DNA of 52,315 nucleotides from an uncultured Bacilli bacterium (GTDB lineage Bacteria; Bacillota_I; Bacilli_A; RF39; UBA660): NCBI GenBank assembly GCA_947629305.1, contig CANRDD010000002.1, positions 1 to 52,315 of the forward strand, read 5' to 3'. Shown piece by piece: positions 29,801 to 37,000 of this stretch (position 1 is its first letter; each line of letters starts with the position of its first letter). The notes under the pieces were generated by a model. It saw only the letters and a program-made list of their open reading frames with translations, ran no database searches and was not told where the DNA came from. The position numbers and the translations under genes were made by a program.

Positions 29801-31131
29801 TTAAACATATCAACATAAGGAGCATCTTTTAAAACTTCTTTAACTATTTTAAAATCAACTTTAACTTCCTTATTATTTTCTAAAATAACTTGGGTAAACT
29901 TAAATTCATGAACCCCAAATTGAGAGTAAGTAAGATTAACAGAATAATAAGTTCCATGATCACTTACAGCATAGGTTTTGCCATCAATAACAACTTCCTT
30001 AATTTTTAAGAAAGGTTCAACGTTTGCTGTAAACTCTAACGTAATATCATTTTTTTCAACATAATATTCATTTTCATGATTAGTTAAAGTTACTTTATAA
30101 TTCTTTTTATTTACATCATCAACACTGCCAGCAACATCACCAACATCAACAGAGCCATCACCATTAACATCAGGATTTTTGGATGGTTTATTATTATTGC
30201 CATTGTTATTATGGTTATTACTTGGTTTATTTTGGCTACCACTATTAGGTTTATTATTTTGGCTAGAATCAGCTGGTTTATTTTCTTCGCCATTATTTCC
30301 TTCATTATCAGCTAAATTACCATTTGTTCCCTCTTCTTTAGTGCCAGAGAAGTCAATTAAATACTTGATGATATCTTCCGCATCATCATAATCTTGCACC
30401 CCATCATTATTAAAATCCTTTAAACTATGGTTATTATGCCATAGATATACTGTCGTCATGGCAACTAATGCGGTTGCGCCAAGCATAATTTTACTAAATT
30501 TTTTTAAACTATCTTTTTTTGAAAAGATAAAAATAAGACTTGATGCGGCTAAAACAACTAAACAAATCCCTGTGGATATCATTATAATTTTGCGTGGCAT
30601 AGTTTTAATAACTACATCTTCACTTGGTTTAACTTCACTACTATTATTTTCAATTACATCTTCACTTGTGGCATCTTTTGTGACTAAAACATCAATAATA
30701 GATGAAGCAAAATAATATTTTTGTTTCCCATCTGAAGCTGAGATATTATTTAAAATAATCTTGGTATTACCAACACTAGCATCTTTTTTAACTTTTAAAG
30801 TTACTTGAAGTAAATCATCTAATATTTCGCCTGTTTTATTTATTAAACCAAATTTTTGATTTTTTTCATTATAAATAACATCGCCCCAAGCTTCACTTGA
30901 TTTAAAACTTTGGCTATCAATTGCATCAAAGACATTTTCATCATAACTTAATGTGGCAAGAAGAGCATAAAGCTTCTTGTCACTTTCTAATTTAGCTGTA
31001 ATTGTTATTTCATCTCCAGCTTGTAAATCTGTTTTATCAGCATTAATAACAACCTTATTTTGGGCTTTACCATTAATTGGTAAAATTACCATACTTAAAA
31101 ATAAAATAATTAAAAAATATAATCTTTTCAT
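23830..31131 (-). CDS. Giant (2433 aa) surface protein: signal peptide, cohesin-like domain, two TM segments, dockerin-like Ca loops, Ig-like repeat array, GLUG repeats, M26 (ZmpB/IgA1-protease-like) zinc metalloprotease
   Basis: HESAH is encoded at 24975-24961 in the context TFHTWSHESAHNIDARLF...GGEDYADG. GLUG-type repeats (IGGLVGIANNAQITNSYAVG, GGIAGN) lie at about 26.7-27.1 kb. Ca loops DFNNDGVQDYDD (around 30.40 kb) and DVNGDGSVDVGD (around 30.15 kb) are present. A cohesin-like beta domain spans aa 28-155. ATG 31131 follows GGGGTG; the track start is a GTG inside the RBS. Confidence 0.8.
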   Translation of the reverse strand: MKRLYFLIILFLSMVILPINGKAQNKVVINADKTDLQAGDEITITAKLESDKKLYALLATLSYDENVFDAIDSQSFKSSEAWGDVIYNEKNQKFGLINKTGEILDDLLQVTLKVKKDASVGNTKIILNNISASDGKQKYYFASSIIDVLVTKDATSEDVIENNSSEVKPSEDVVIKTMPRKIIMISTGICLVVLAASSLIFIFSKKDSLKKFSKIMLGATALVAMTTVYLWHNNHSLKDFNNDGVQDYDDAEDIIKYLIDFSGTKEEGTNGNLADNEGNNGEENKPADSSQNNKPNSGSQNKPSNNHNNNGNNNKPSKNPDVNGDGSVDVGDVAGSVDDVNKKNYKVTLTNHENEYYVEKNDITLEFTANVEPFLKIKEVVIDGKTYAVSDHGTYYSVNLTYSQFGVHEFKFTQVILENNKEVKVDFKIVKEVLKDAPYVDMFNVDEKTNSLKFKLEDLDNAFREGKVIILDDNNEEVLNKSIGKDNYFEVDFKENVTYTIKVYATYKLDTGNNDKTTFIDKLIYQHNFSLAKNYDFTLTDVQITDAISKGNHPIITFKSTNKKGLLVESITINNHAYKVALIDKDTYEVVLENIDTSIFGKYYLNIENITLSNLKVFTNEKDYELNPLAYYVLKYEPKVDNIILKDNHNDKNINVSYNLTNQENSLTDLKVVLYDSTGKVLDTKEIKKEEYNHNLNLSYGNSLDGHFYVKFLANYNLGTTLHNYQNKNIGENDLITQKEIKIINAKVTDIFPQKGQKKYTITFTLEIADAIKNSFTEFAGVTINGYNYDGAANGLKENKISFVIPNESGILELKVERVKLRRENYQGYYQEFFSVEPYIVKIDVLKDKPKINDLEIINEDYLEKNVTFKFNVTDDKGGFKSGFAELNGEKQAFNLGDNTLTFKNVPLDQLLDLNFLASYEADTNTLDALDNKNSYTDDLIYTVKYGLYNEEEYNQIEITNLNKNKNYYLKNEDIILNFDLLNLPKDLDIQKVILNEKVYAIEKEKDNYIIKLEGINEAGIKTLNITDIILDNGKKISLTNPKTIDIEVLKDKMVIKDFKYDTLDEDINVSLTLNDFDYSFVGSSVQDAVKIVIKDELGKEINTLDFTSNFTIPKGNLNRYVIEVIGNYDLDIKQGNDNYYPNQVLLREIISLDKNYIEIKNMTDLTLYKEENTLFKEIEEVDINDLNHNLEQYFVKITSSSMPTIYSKIKKVVDENNHLVLILDYDYTVLKPSEEELRIDFGPITSGKALNKARPESFEQFVQRVMANPSGSFTLTHDLDAKSFATSDKAIINIDFTGTLNGNGYKIKNLNKPLFKSLTGATIKDISFEDVTMPEENGKGTLAEVATKSHLDGILVNNYLKNNNIEGGVGPIVGSLIESSLTNSRAIGFTISSNGNRQQIGGLVGIANNAQITNSYAVGSILGGYNYRGGIAGNTMNNTLFQNNYTNVTINYGMGNGMACGIACGSNSSYLNNINLNTSAPNKIYYSKSYKESKNNYYLDNVQNLPLDLEGLNKITNEEVNDDLFLNKGSFDSNIWQIKNIKINNLPLLNKEIPLKINKDEVKEYDQNKNILYNNLALLMPYYTSQKIVNSAENIPSDSLLYQEEIKHIIPIDQNGNIVTYITKKDAAKIIKLKIVYSNDKTEEYSLIYDKTYDFVASYRLYPLRIDYTFDHYVIDDNAQIINNLTNYLNNLTYQDNLDPLTPTKDSRIYEDYYNEVTKKELNKFILKYIANSNYTNTSNMEAINDYLEKEIKNNPDLEKILYVYNYFHRFYNIDINGIKLNDLILFNSIGFDNNLTMSNIAKMYLQDESNFATNGTSNAYNKVLSNYTSYDNIPSFLDYLVKILGDGNTAKWFAQSFKGYLVEIKVDNRDDITYTLWDHIKNVDTSTQVNWYNYALPILTLPERAAYIISSPTQFIIGAQRTYITDPFNPADQKILEDKIESYTTRMKDYYETAAKILEDAKYFNDIHTVQIDKRYAYDQNGILTFQNPYSTEEPFHKNFNEVIGQWAYNDYNAATANGAYVIWRVEGLMDGNLLEEYGDTYEYTFHTWSHESAHNIDARLFLKNYGRRFNAGGEDYADGNLTQSFGEGDIVMNLSRSFAVDSKIATNLTPDRIASAQMVQDFYRKVFESLYIMDYLEGKAFLELSNEEKANIAVQANYPNKDIYTLEGQEYLQYKFTVYQEIDESLYNQMTLNTISDLYDNRLVIYPGILYSTYTDNKYGGENIFKARWYQPHNDYGRPDSYSLKWLAYEMLGYAGYDKGYVEYYSNRNATTKTILTLNNNNEWVTSNINNYKTDLMAIQTITNDPNMTIDLYKKNRFLEVENNLTHIQYIDVLDYYQKFLEALHEDAKTVKETKDLAWKQYPDVPDDEEMNKNNTTKRNNMIMNARQLVKSTNIRKELYYELKNKTNDFKQEIYNYSYNNGFSNFSNID

Positions 31132-31169
31132 AACCAAAAACACCCCATCATTTTTCTTAATTGTCCTTT

Positions 31170-31198
31170 ATTATAAGGGAAAATTCTATCTTTGTCAA
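31170..31198 (-). promoter_or_regulatory. Consensus sigma-A promoter for the giant gene
   Basis: On the minus strand: TTGACA (31198-31193), a 17-nt spacer, then TATAAT (31175-31170). Confidence 0.65.
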
Positions 31199-31296
31199 TA
31201 GGTGTAAAATTACCCTTAAATAAATGCAAATATTACCAATTAATTAATGATTAAATTTAAATAATTCATCCATAATAATAAAGGGAGGGAAGAGAC

Positions 31297-31443
31297 ATGA
31301 GTAACTTAAGAAATAATAATCAAAAAAATAGTGCACGCAATAATTCAAGCTCAGCATCAAATAAAGCTAATAATCGTCAACAATGTTCTAATAGAGCCCA
31401 AAATCGTGCCAACAACAAAGCTCGTAATAACGAAGCAAGATAA
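31297..31443 (+). CDS. Small (48 aa) highly basic N/R/Q/S-rich protein, unannotated in ORF track
   Basis: Strong RBS AAGGGAGGGA lies 6-7 nt before the ATG. Translation is MSNLRNNNQKNSARNNSSSASNKANNRQQCSNRAQNRANNKARNNEAR. A terminator follows. Confidence 0.5.
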   Translation: MSNLRNNNQKNSARNNSSSASNKANNRQQCSNRAQNRANNKARNNEAR

Positions 31444-31453
31444 CATTTTTAAA

Positions 31454-31485
31454 GGGATAATGATTTAAATTATCTCTTTTTTTTA
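31454..31485. terminator. Bidirectional terminator between the small ORF and the recombinase gene
   Basis: GGGATAAT (31454-31461) pairs with ATTATCTC (31469-31476), followed by a T-run 31477-31485. Confidence 0.65.
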
Positions 31486-32364
31486 TTCTATTCCCTTTAC
31501 CTTTTTAGATCTAGGATGATGATTATAATCTTCTTTTATTTTTTGACTAGATACATGGGAATATATTTCTGTTGTACTTAAGTTTTCATGCCCAAGTAAC
31601 TCTTGGATAACCCTTAAATCAGCCCCATTATTAAGTAAATGCGTGGCAAATGAATGTCTTAAAACATGGGGTGATATTTCTTTATTAATATGTTTATCTT
31701 TAGCTATTTTGTTTAATATTTTAAAGAAAGCTTGTCTTGTCATTTTTGTTCCAAATCGATTTAAAAAAACATAATTACTAGGATTAGTTTTAAGTAAAAA
31801 AGGTCTATATTGATTTAAATATAATTTTAAATATTCAAGGGCAACATCTCCGATTGGAATAATTCTTTCTTTTTTCCCCTTCCCCATTACTTTAATTAAA
31901 CATTCATCTAAATCAATATTAGCCATTTCTAAATTAATTAATTCACTAATTCGCATCCCACTAGCATATAATAGTTCTAACATAGCTTTATTTCGATAAT
32001 CAATTGGTTTTCTTAAACTTATATCTAATAAATTATCTATTTCTTCTAAACTTAAATATTTAGGTAATCTTTTAGCTATTTTAGGCATTTTTAAACCTTG
32101 AGCAGGATTATTATCCATTTTTCCAATTAAAATCATATAATTATAATAATTATTTAAAACCGTTAAATAATGGGCTTTAGAACTACTATTTAATTCACTA
32201 TTCATTATAAAATCTCTTATTTCTTCTTTTTTTAAACATTTTAAATTCTTTTTAAAATGTTCTTTTATTTTCTTTAAATTTTCTTCATAACTTAAAATAG
32301 TATTAATAGATAATTTTCTTTCATATTTTAAATAATCTAAATATTCTGTATATTCATTATTCAT
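31483..32364 (-). CDS. xerD: Tyrosine site-specific recombinase, XerD/XerC family
   Basis: N-terminal SAM-like domain. The catalytic set includes GMRISEL (Arg I), HVLRHSFATHLL and LGHENLSTTEIYSHV (catalytic Tyr). 293 aa, stand-alone. The assignment XerD versus XerC is not resolvable here. Confidence 0.75.
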   Translation of the reverse strand: MNNEYTEYLDYLKYERKLSINTILSYEENLKKIKEHFKKNLKCLKKEEIRDFIMNSELNSSSKAHYLTVLNNYYNYMILIGKMDNNPAQGLKMPKIAKRLPKYLSLEEIDNLLDISLRKPIDYRNKAMLELLYASGMRISELINLEMANIDLDECLIKVMGKGKKERIIPIGDVALEYLKLYLNQYRPFLLKTNPSNYVFLNRFGTKMTRQAFFKILNKIAKDKHINKEISPHVLRHSFATHLLNNGADLRVIQELLGHENLSTTEIYSHVSSQKIKEDYNHHPRSKKVKGIE

Positions 32365-32448
32365 TTTCTTTCACCCTATTAATTTAATTATACACCTATT
32401 TATTTTTTATGATATAATATTTTTACTTCATAAGAAAGAGGAATTTTA

Positions 32449-33141
32449 ATGAAAATATGCAATAATTTATTATACGGCGATAAAATTCTTTTAACAGATC
32501 GCGTTTTTTCAGGAGAATATAACCAAATAATTAATTTAAAAAGAGCTAAGGAAGATATCTTTGGCTATCCTAAATATTATTTAGAAATAGATACTATTAT
32601 TAATAATAGTATTGCTCATCAAGGTTATTTATATTTTTATTTAGATAATTATGCTAAAACATCTTTTTTTATTGGTTTAAAAGTAGAAGAAAACTTTCGG
32701 CATTTAAATATTGCCTCATTACTTATAGCTACTTATTTACAATTTTGTTTTAATAATGGTTATAAATATATAAAAATGTATCATAAACAAAGAAAACCTT
32801 TTATTACCTATTTACTTAAAACCTATGGTTTTGAAGTAAATGATTTATCTTTATATGCAAAAAGAAATGATATTATTAATATATATCGAGATTATGATTA
32901 TGATATAAAAACTAAATTATTATTATTTAAAGATCCTAAACATGAAGATAATTTTTTAAAAACTAATATATATCAAGATGATGATTATGAAATAATTCAT
33001 GATGAAGATGAAGGTATTTATTTAGATAAAATTATATTACCTATTCAAAATATTAATACTAATCCTATATCTTATAATTTATTAAATGAAAGAATGGCTA
33101 ATAAGAAATGTAAAAGGGTTTTAAGAAAACATCGTTTATGA
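32449..33141 (+). CDS. Hypothetical protein, possibly GNAT-fold
   Basis: The segment IGLKVEENFRHLNIASLLIATYLQFCFNNGYKYIKMY...YLLKTYGFEV resembles the GNAT beta4-alpha3-beta5 core, but lacks a clear Q/RxxGxG/A motif. Confidence 0.3.
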   Translation: MKICNNLLYGDKILLTDRVFSGEYNQIINLKRAKEDIFGYPKYYLEIDTIINNSIAHQGYLYFYLDNYAKTSFFIGLKVEENFRHLNIASLLIATYLQFCFNNGYKYIKMYHKQRKPFITYLLKTYGFEVNDLSLYAKRNDIINIYRDYDYDIKTKLLLFKDPKHEDNFLKTNIYQDDDYEIIHDEDEGIYLDKIILPIQNINTNPISYNLLNERMANKKCKRVLRKHRL

Positions 33142-33153
33142 TATAATTTTAAA

Positions 33154-34362
33154 GTGATGAAGATGGAAATTTTAGCAGATAAAATAAGACCTAAAAAATT
33201 AAATGATATTGTTGGTCAAGATCATTTAATTGGTGAAAATAAAATATTAACTAACTTAGTTTTAAATAAAAAATTATTTTCGATGATATTATATGGAAAA
33301 CCAGGAATAGGAAAAACAAGTATAGCTAGTGCTTTAGTTCATGAACTTGGGTTTAAAGCTAAGTTCATGAATGCTGTTTGTAATAATAAAGCTGATTTTG
33401 ATTTAGCTTTAGAAGAAGCTAAATACTATGATGAATATGTCTTAGTTATTGATGAAATCCATCGAATGAATAAAGATAAACAAGATATATTATTACCTTT
33501 ACTTGAAAATGGAAAAATTATTTTAATTGGTTTAACAACTAGTAATCCTTATCATAAAATAAATCCGGCGATTAGAAGTAGATGTCAAATATTTACTTTA
33601 AAAGAATTAAGTATTAATGATATAAAAGAAGGATTAAAAAAAGCTTGTTCTTATTTAGATCATATTAATATTGATGAAGAAGCTTTAGAATATATAGCTA
33701 AACTTTCCAGTGGGGATATGCGTTTTGCTTTAAATTTATTAGAAGTAGCTTATTATTCTTTTAAAGATATAAAAATTGATATTGAATGTCTTAAAAAAAT
33801 AAATTCGAAACCAGCTTTTTTTCATGATCAAAATGAAGATGGTTATTATGATGTTTTAAGTGCTTTGCAAAAATCAATTCGGGGTAGTGATGTTGATGCA
33901 TCTATTCATTATTTAGCAAGGTTAATTGAAGCTGAAGATTTAGATAGTATTATAAGAAGATTATCAGTTATTTGTTATGAAGATATTGGTTTAGCTAATC
34001 CAGGGCTTGGTCCAAGGTTAGATGCAGCAATAAATGCAGCCTTAAGAGTTGGATTACCCGAGGCCAGAATTCCCCTTGCCCAAATTGTAATTGAAATGGC
34101 TTTATCACCTAAAAGTAATAGTACTCTATTAGCTATTGATGAGGCTTTAAATGATTTACATAAAGGTTCAACTGGCAATGTTCCAGATCATATTAAAACA
34201 TCATCACCTAAGTATTTATATCCTCATGATTATCCTCATGACTGGGTTAAACAAAAATATTTACCCAATGCTTTAGAAGGAAGAAGTTATTATAGGCCCA
34301 AGGATAATAAAGTTGAGATTAGTTTAAATCTATTACATAAACAAATGAAAGGAGAAAAGTAA
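33154..34362 (+). CDS. rarA: Replication-associated recombination protein A (RarA/MgsA)
   Basis: Walker A GKPGIGKTS, Walker B VLVIDEIHR, and MgsA C-terminal domain (SALQKSIRGSDVDASIHYLARL, YLYPHDYP). The exact start among GTG 33154 / ATG 33157 / ATG 33163 is unresolved. Confidence 0.92.
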   Translation: MMKMEILADKIRPKKLNDIVGQDHLIGENKILTNLVLNKKLFSMILYGKPGIGKTSIASALVHELGFKAKFMNAVCNNKADFDLALEEAKYYDEYVLVIDEIHRMNKDKQDILLPLLENGKIILIGLTTSNPYHKINPAIRSRCQIFTLKELSINDIKEGLKKACSYLDHINIDEEALEYIAKLSSGDMRFALNLLEVAYYSFKDIKIDIECLKKINSKPAFFHDQNEDGYYDVLSALQKSIRGSDVDASIHYLARLIEAEDLDSIIRRLSVICYEDIGLANPGLGPRLDAAINAALRVGLPEARIPLAQIVIEMALSPKSNSTLLAIDEALNDLHKGSTGNVPDHIKTSSPKYLYPHDYPHDWVKQKYLPNALEGRSYYRPKDNKVEISLNLLHKQMKGEK

Positions 34363-35337
34363 ATGAAAATATCCGTCGTAGGTGTTGGTGCCTACTCTTT
34401 AGCTTTAAGTATTAATATGTGCCAAAATGGACATCAAGTTCTTATGTGGACAGAAAGTAATTCTGTTTATGAAGAATATCAAAAAGGAAAAAGTTTAAAC
34501 CATATTTTAGATGCCCATCTTCCTAAAAATATTAATTTGACTACTTCTTTTGAAGAACTCTTAAAAGAATGTGATTTAATAGTTATAGCTACATCTAGTA
34601 AATATGTTGATATTGTTTGTCAAAAAATGCAAAAATATTATAAAAGAAATATTCCTATTTGTATTGCTACGAAAGGTATTGAAGAATCAAGTGAAAGATT
34701 TATCTCTGATATTGTAAAAACTACATTAGGAACAGATCATATTGCTTTAATATCAGGTCCTACCTTTGCCACCGATTTAGCTCATCTAGAACCAGTTGGT
34801 CTTGCTCTTGCTTCAAGTTCCTTTAAAGCAAAAAAAGCTGTTTTACAAGCTTTAGAAAGTAAAACTTTAAAATTAAGACCAACTAAAGATATAATCGGTT
34901 TACAGTTATGTGGAAGTATTAAAAATATTATCGCTATAGCATCAGGAATGATCGAAGGATTAGGTTATTCTGAATCAACCCAAGCTCTTTTAATAAATGA
35001 AGCTCTTCTGGATATGAAAAAAATAATTTATTATTTAGGTGGTAATCCTAAAACTATTTTATCTTTTGCTGGCCTTGGTGATTTAACTTTAACTTGTATG
35101 AGTAATAAAAGCCGTAACTACAGGTTTGGTTATATCATTGGTAAAACCAATGATATAACGAAAATAAATAATTTTTTAAATAATAATACTGTGGAAGGTT
35201 ATTATACTTTAGATATTGTTTATAAATTATTAAATAATAAAAATATTAATATTCCTTTAATAACAACAATATATAACATTGTTTATAATGAAGATGATCC
35301 AAATACATTAATAAATACATTAATAGAAAAAGATTGA
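34363..35337 (+). CDS. gpsA: NAD(P)H-dependent glycerol-3-phosphate dehydrogenase
   Basis: N-terminal Rossmann fold (ISVVGVGAYSLAL), GPTFA, and LCGSIKNIIAIASG blocks typical of GpsA. AAAGGAG RBS. Confidence 0.9.
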   Translation: MKISVVGVGAYSLALSINMCQNGHQVLMWTESNSVYEEYQKGKSLNHILDAHLPKNINLTTSFEELLKECDLIVIATSSKYVDIVCQKMQKYYKRNIPICIATKGIEESSERFISDIVKTTLGTDHIALISGPTFATDLAHLEPVGLALASSSFKAKKAVLQALESKTLKLRPTKDIIGLQLCGSIKNIIAIASGMIEGLGYSESTQALLINEALLDMKKIIYYLGGNPKTILSFAGLGDLTLTCMSNKSRNYRFGYIIGKTNDITKINNFLNNNTVEGYYTLDIVYKLLNNKNINIPLITTIYNIVYNEDDPNTLINTLIEKD

Positions 35338-35361
35338 TAATTAAAATATATCAATCTTTTT
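35327..35361. terminator. Bidirectional hairpin spanning both convergent stop codons (gpsA / fic)
   Basis: AGATTGATA (35331-35339) pairs with TATCAATCT (35349-35357), flanked by GAAAA/TTTTC. Confidence 0.6.
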
Positions 35362-36061
35362 CTTCTAAAAAATAATTAACCATTTTTTCATAATTATCTT
35401 GACTATTTAAACAAGTATCAATTAAATAACCTTTTTCATTATTTAATTGATATTCTTTAATACCTCTTATATAAAATTCTTTATTTCTATCCTCAATATA
35501 AAAAGTCATTATATTATTATATAAACATTCTCTAAACATAATCATTCTCCCTACTCTGCCTGTGCCATCTTGAAAGGGATTAATACGTTCAAATCTCACA
35601 TGAAATTCGATAATCTCTTCTATTGTTTTTTTAGGTATTTTATAATACCAATTTAATAAATCATTCATATCTTTTGCCACATTACTTGGGGAAGATGTTA
35701 CTATATTTCCAACAAAATTTTTCTTTTTTTTATATTCACCAACATTGAACCATTCTTTCTCACTATCAGTTAATGTTCCGTTCTTTAAAATAAAATGATA
35801 TTTTTTAATCATATCTATAGAAAGTTCATCATCAATAGTATCAAGCATATATTTAAATAAAGAAAAATGATTCTTTGTTTCAATTGCATCTTTTAAGACA
35901 ATAACTTTATTCTTATTTGCAAGTATTGTTTCTGAATCATAAATACTAGCTGTTTCATCTAAAGTTATTGTTGATTCTTCTATACAATTGTTATTATAAG
36001 CAAAATCTAGTTGGGTTTTATGATATAAATTACCTGATAGATTCATCTTTTTTTGGGGCAA
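35351..36061 (-). CDS. Fic-domain protein with non-canonical active-site motif; 5' end possibly frameshifted
   Basis: The Fic core reads INPFQDGTGRVGR (nt about 35610-35572) where the canonical motif is HPFx(D/E)GNGRxxR. The N-terminal region LYHKTQLDFAYNNNCIEESTITLDET is Fic class II-like. The only good RBS+ATG (GGTGG..ATG at 36092) is in another frame, joined through an A7 run (36054-36048). Confidence 0.75.
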   Translation of the reverse strand: MPQKKMNLSGNLYHKTQLDFAYNNNCIEESTITLDETASIYDSETILANKNKVIVLKDAIETKNHFSLFKYMLDTIDDELSIDMIKKYHFILKNGTLTDSEKEWFNVGEYKKKKNFVGNIVTSSPSNVAKDMNDLLNWYYKIPKKTIEEIIEFHVRFERINPFQDGTGRVGRMIMFRECLYNNIMTFYIEDRNKEFYIRGIKEYQLNNEKGYLIDTCLNSQDNYEKMVNYFLEEKD

Positions 36062-36120
36062 TTAATACTTTTTTAATTTTGCTTATTTCCATGATTACCA
36101 CCTATTTATTAATATTAAAA

Positions 36121-36999
36121 TTATTTATTTTTTATTCTTTCTAAAACAAAATCTTTATCTGATGAACGATTTATATATTCAAAAAGATTATTTGCATCGG
36201 TAGTTATATCCATACCATAAATACCTAATTCATTAATTGTAGGTATAATAATATCATTTTTATGAGGTTCAATTATTTCTTTTATAGTATATATTTTACA
36301 AGGATGACCATAAGCTTCAGACCAACTTTGTTCTGTGGCATCTTTAGTTTCTTCAATTAATCTAAAATTTAATCTTCTAATCCAAGATGGATGACATAAT
36401 GGAAAATACAATTTTTGAGGATTTAACCTTTCATTTTCTTTTTTTAAAATAAATTCACTAAAATGGATTTGTAAGTTAACCTTGGACATTTCAAATATAT
36501 GTAAATCAACACTATAACCTAAATTTTCTAACATTTCCACTAACGTTAAAACAATAGCTCCGCGGTTATATATTGCTTCTTGAGATGTAGATGCTAGGTA
36601 TGAAGTATTTAAATATATATCTATTTTTTTCCTTCTTTCATTTACTTTATTTAGCATTGAAAGAGGACTACCCTCTAGGTATGCCTTTACATCTGGAACA
36701 TAACCAATATAATCATTATATTGGTTATTCTTTTTAGATGACATTTTTACATATTTTTCTAATTGTAATTTTAACTCAATTAATTTATCAAAATTATCAT
36801 GATAACCATATAAACATAAATCCATAGCTTCTTCCAGAGAATGAGTTAGGGTAAAATCATAAGACCCATTTATACTAGATGGATTAGGAAATAAATCATA
36901 GCAAACATCATTATTTTTTAAAAAATCTATATATTCATTTAAAGAATTAAAAATATAATGCATTACTTGATAGCCACTTTTTTCATAAAATTTATACAT
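36121..36999 (-). CDS. Hypothetical 292-aa partner of the AAA+ ATPase (possible degenerate vWA-like fold)
   Basis: The start lies 1 nt after the ATPase stop (TAAgATG). The only pattern seen is RRKKIDIYLNTSYLASTS...AIVLTLVEMLENLGYSVDLHIF, reminiscent of vWA beta1-alpha1-beta2 but with Asn in place of the MIDAS Asp. Confidence 0.6.
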   Translation of the reverse strand: MYKFYEKSGYQVMHYIFNSLNEYIDFLKNNDVCYDLFPNPSSINGSYDFTLTHSLEEAMDLCLYGYHDNFDKLIELKLQLEKYVKMSSKKNNQYNDYIGYVPDVKAYLEGSPLSMLNKVNERRKKIDIYLNTSYLASTSQEAIYNRGAIVLTLVEMLENLGYSVDLHIFEMSKVNLQIHFSEFILKKENERLNPQKLYFPLCHPSWIRRLNFRLIEETKDATEQSWSEAYGHPCKIYTIKEIIEPHKNDIIIPTINELGIYGMDITTDANNLFEYINRSSDKDFVLERIKNK

Positions 37000-37000
37000 C

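Noticed and set aside
30115-31062. Cellulosome component, inferred from the cohesin-like and dockerin-like elements
   Set aside because: No glycoside hydrolases or scaffoldin are nearby, the catalytic domain is an M26 protease, and cohesin/dockerin modules occur widely outside cellulosomes. Only the intramolecular or self-docking idea is kept as a hypothesis.
30111-31201. Cluster of short ORFs (30111-30305, 30179-30391, 30458-30715, 30977-31201) and 27254-27451 inside or opposite the giant gene
   Set aside because: All overlap the 2433-aa ORF. They lie in its low-complexity N/G/K region or antisense to it, and have repetitive L- or M-rich translations with no translation signals.
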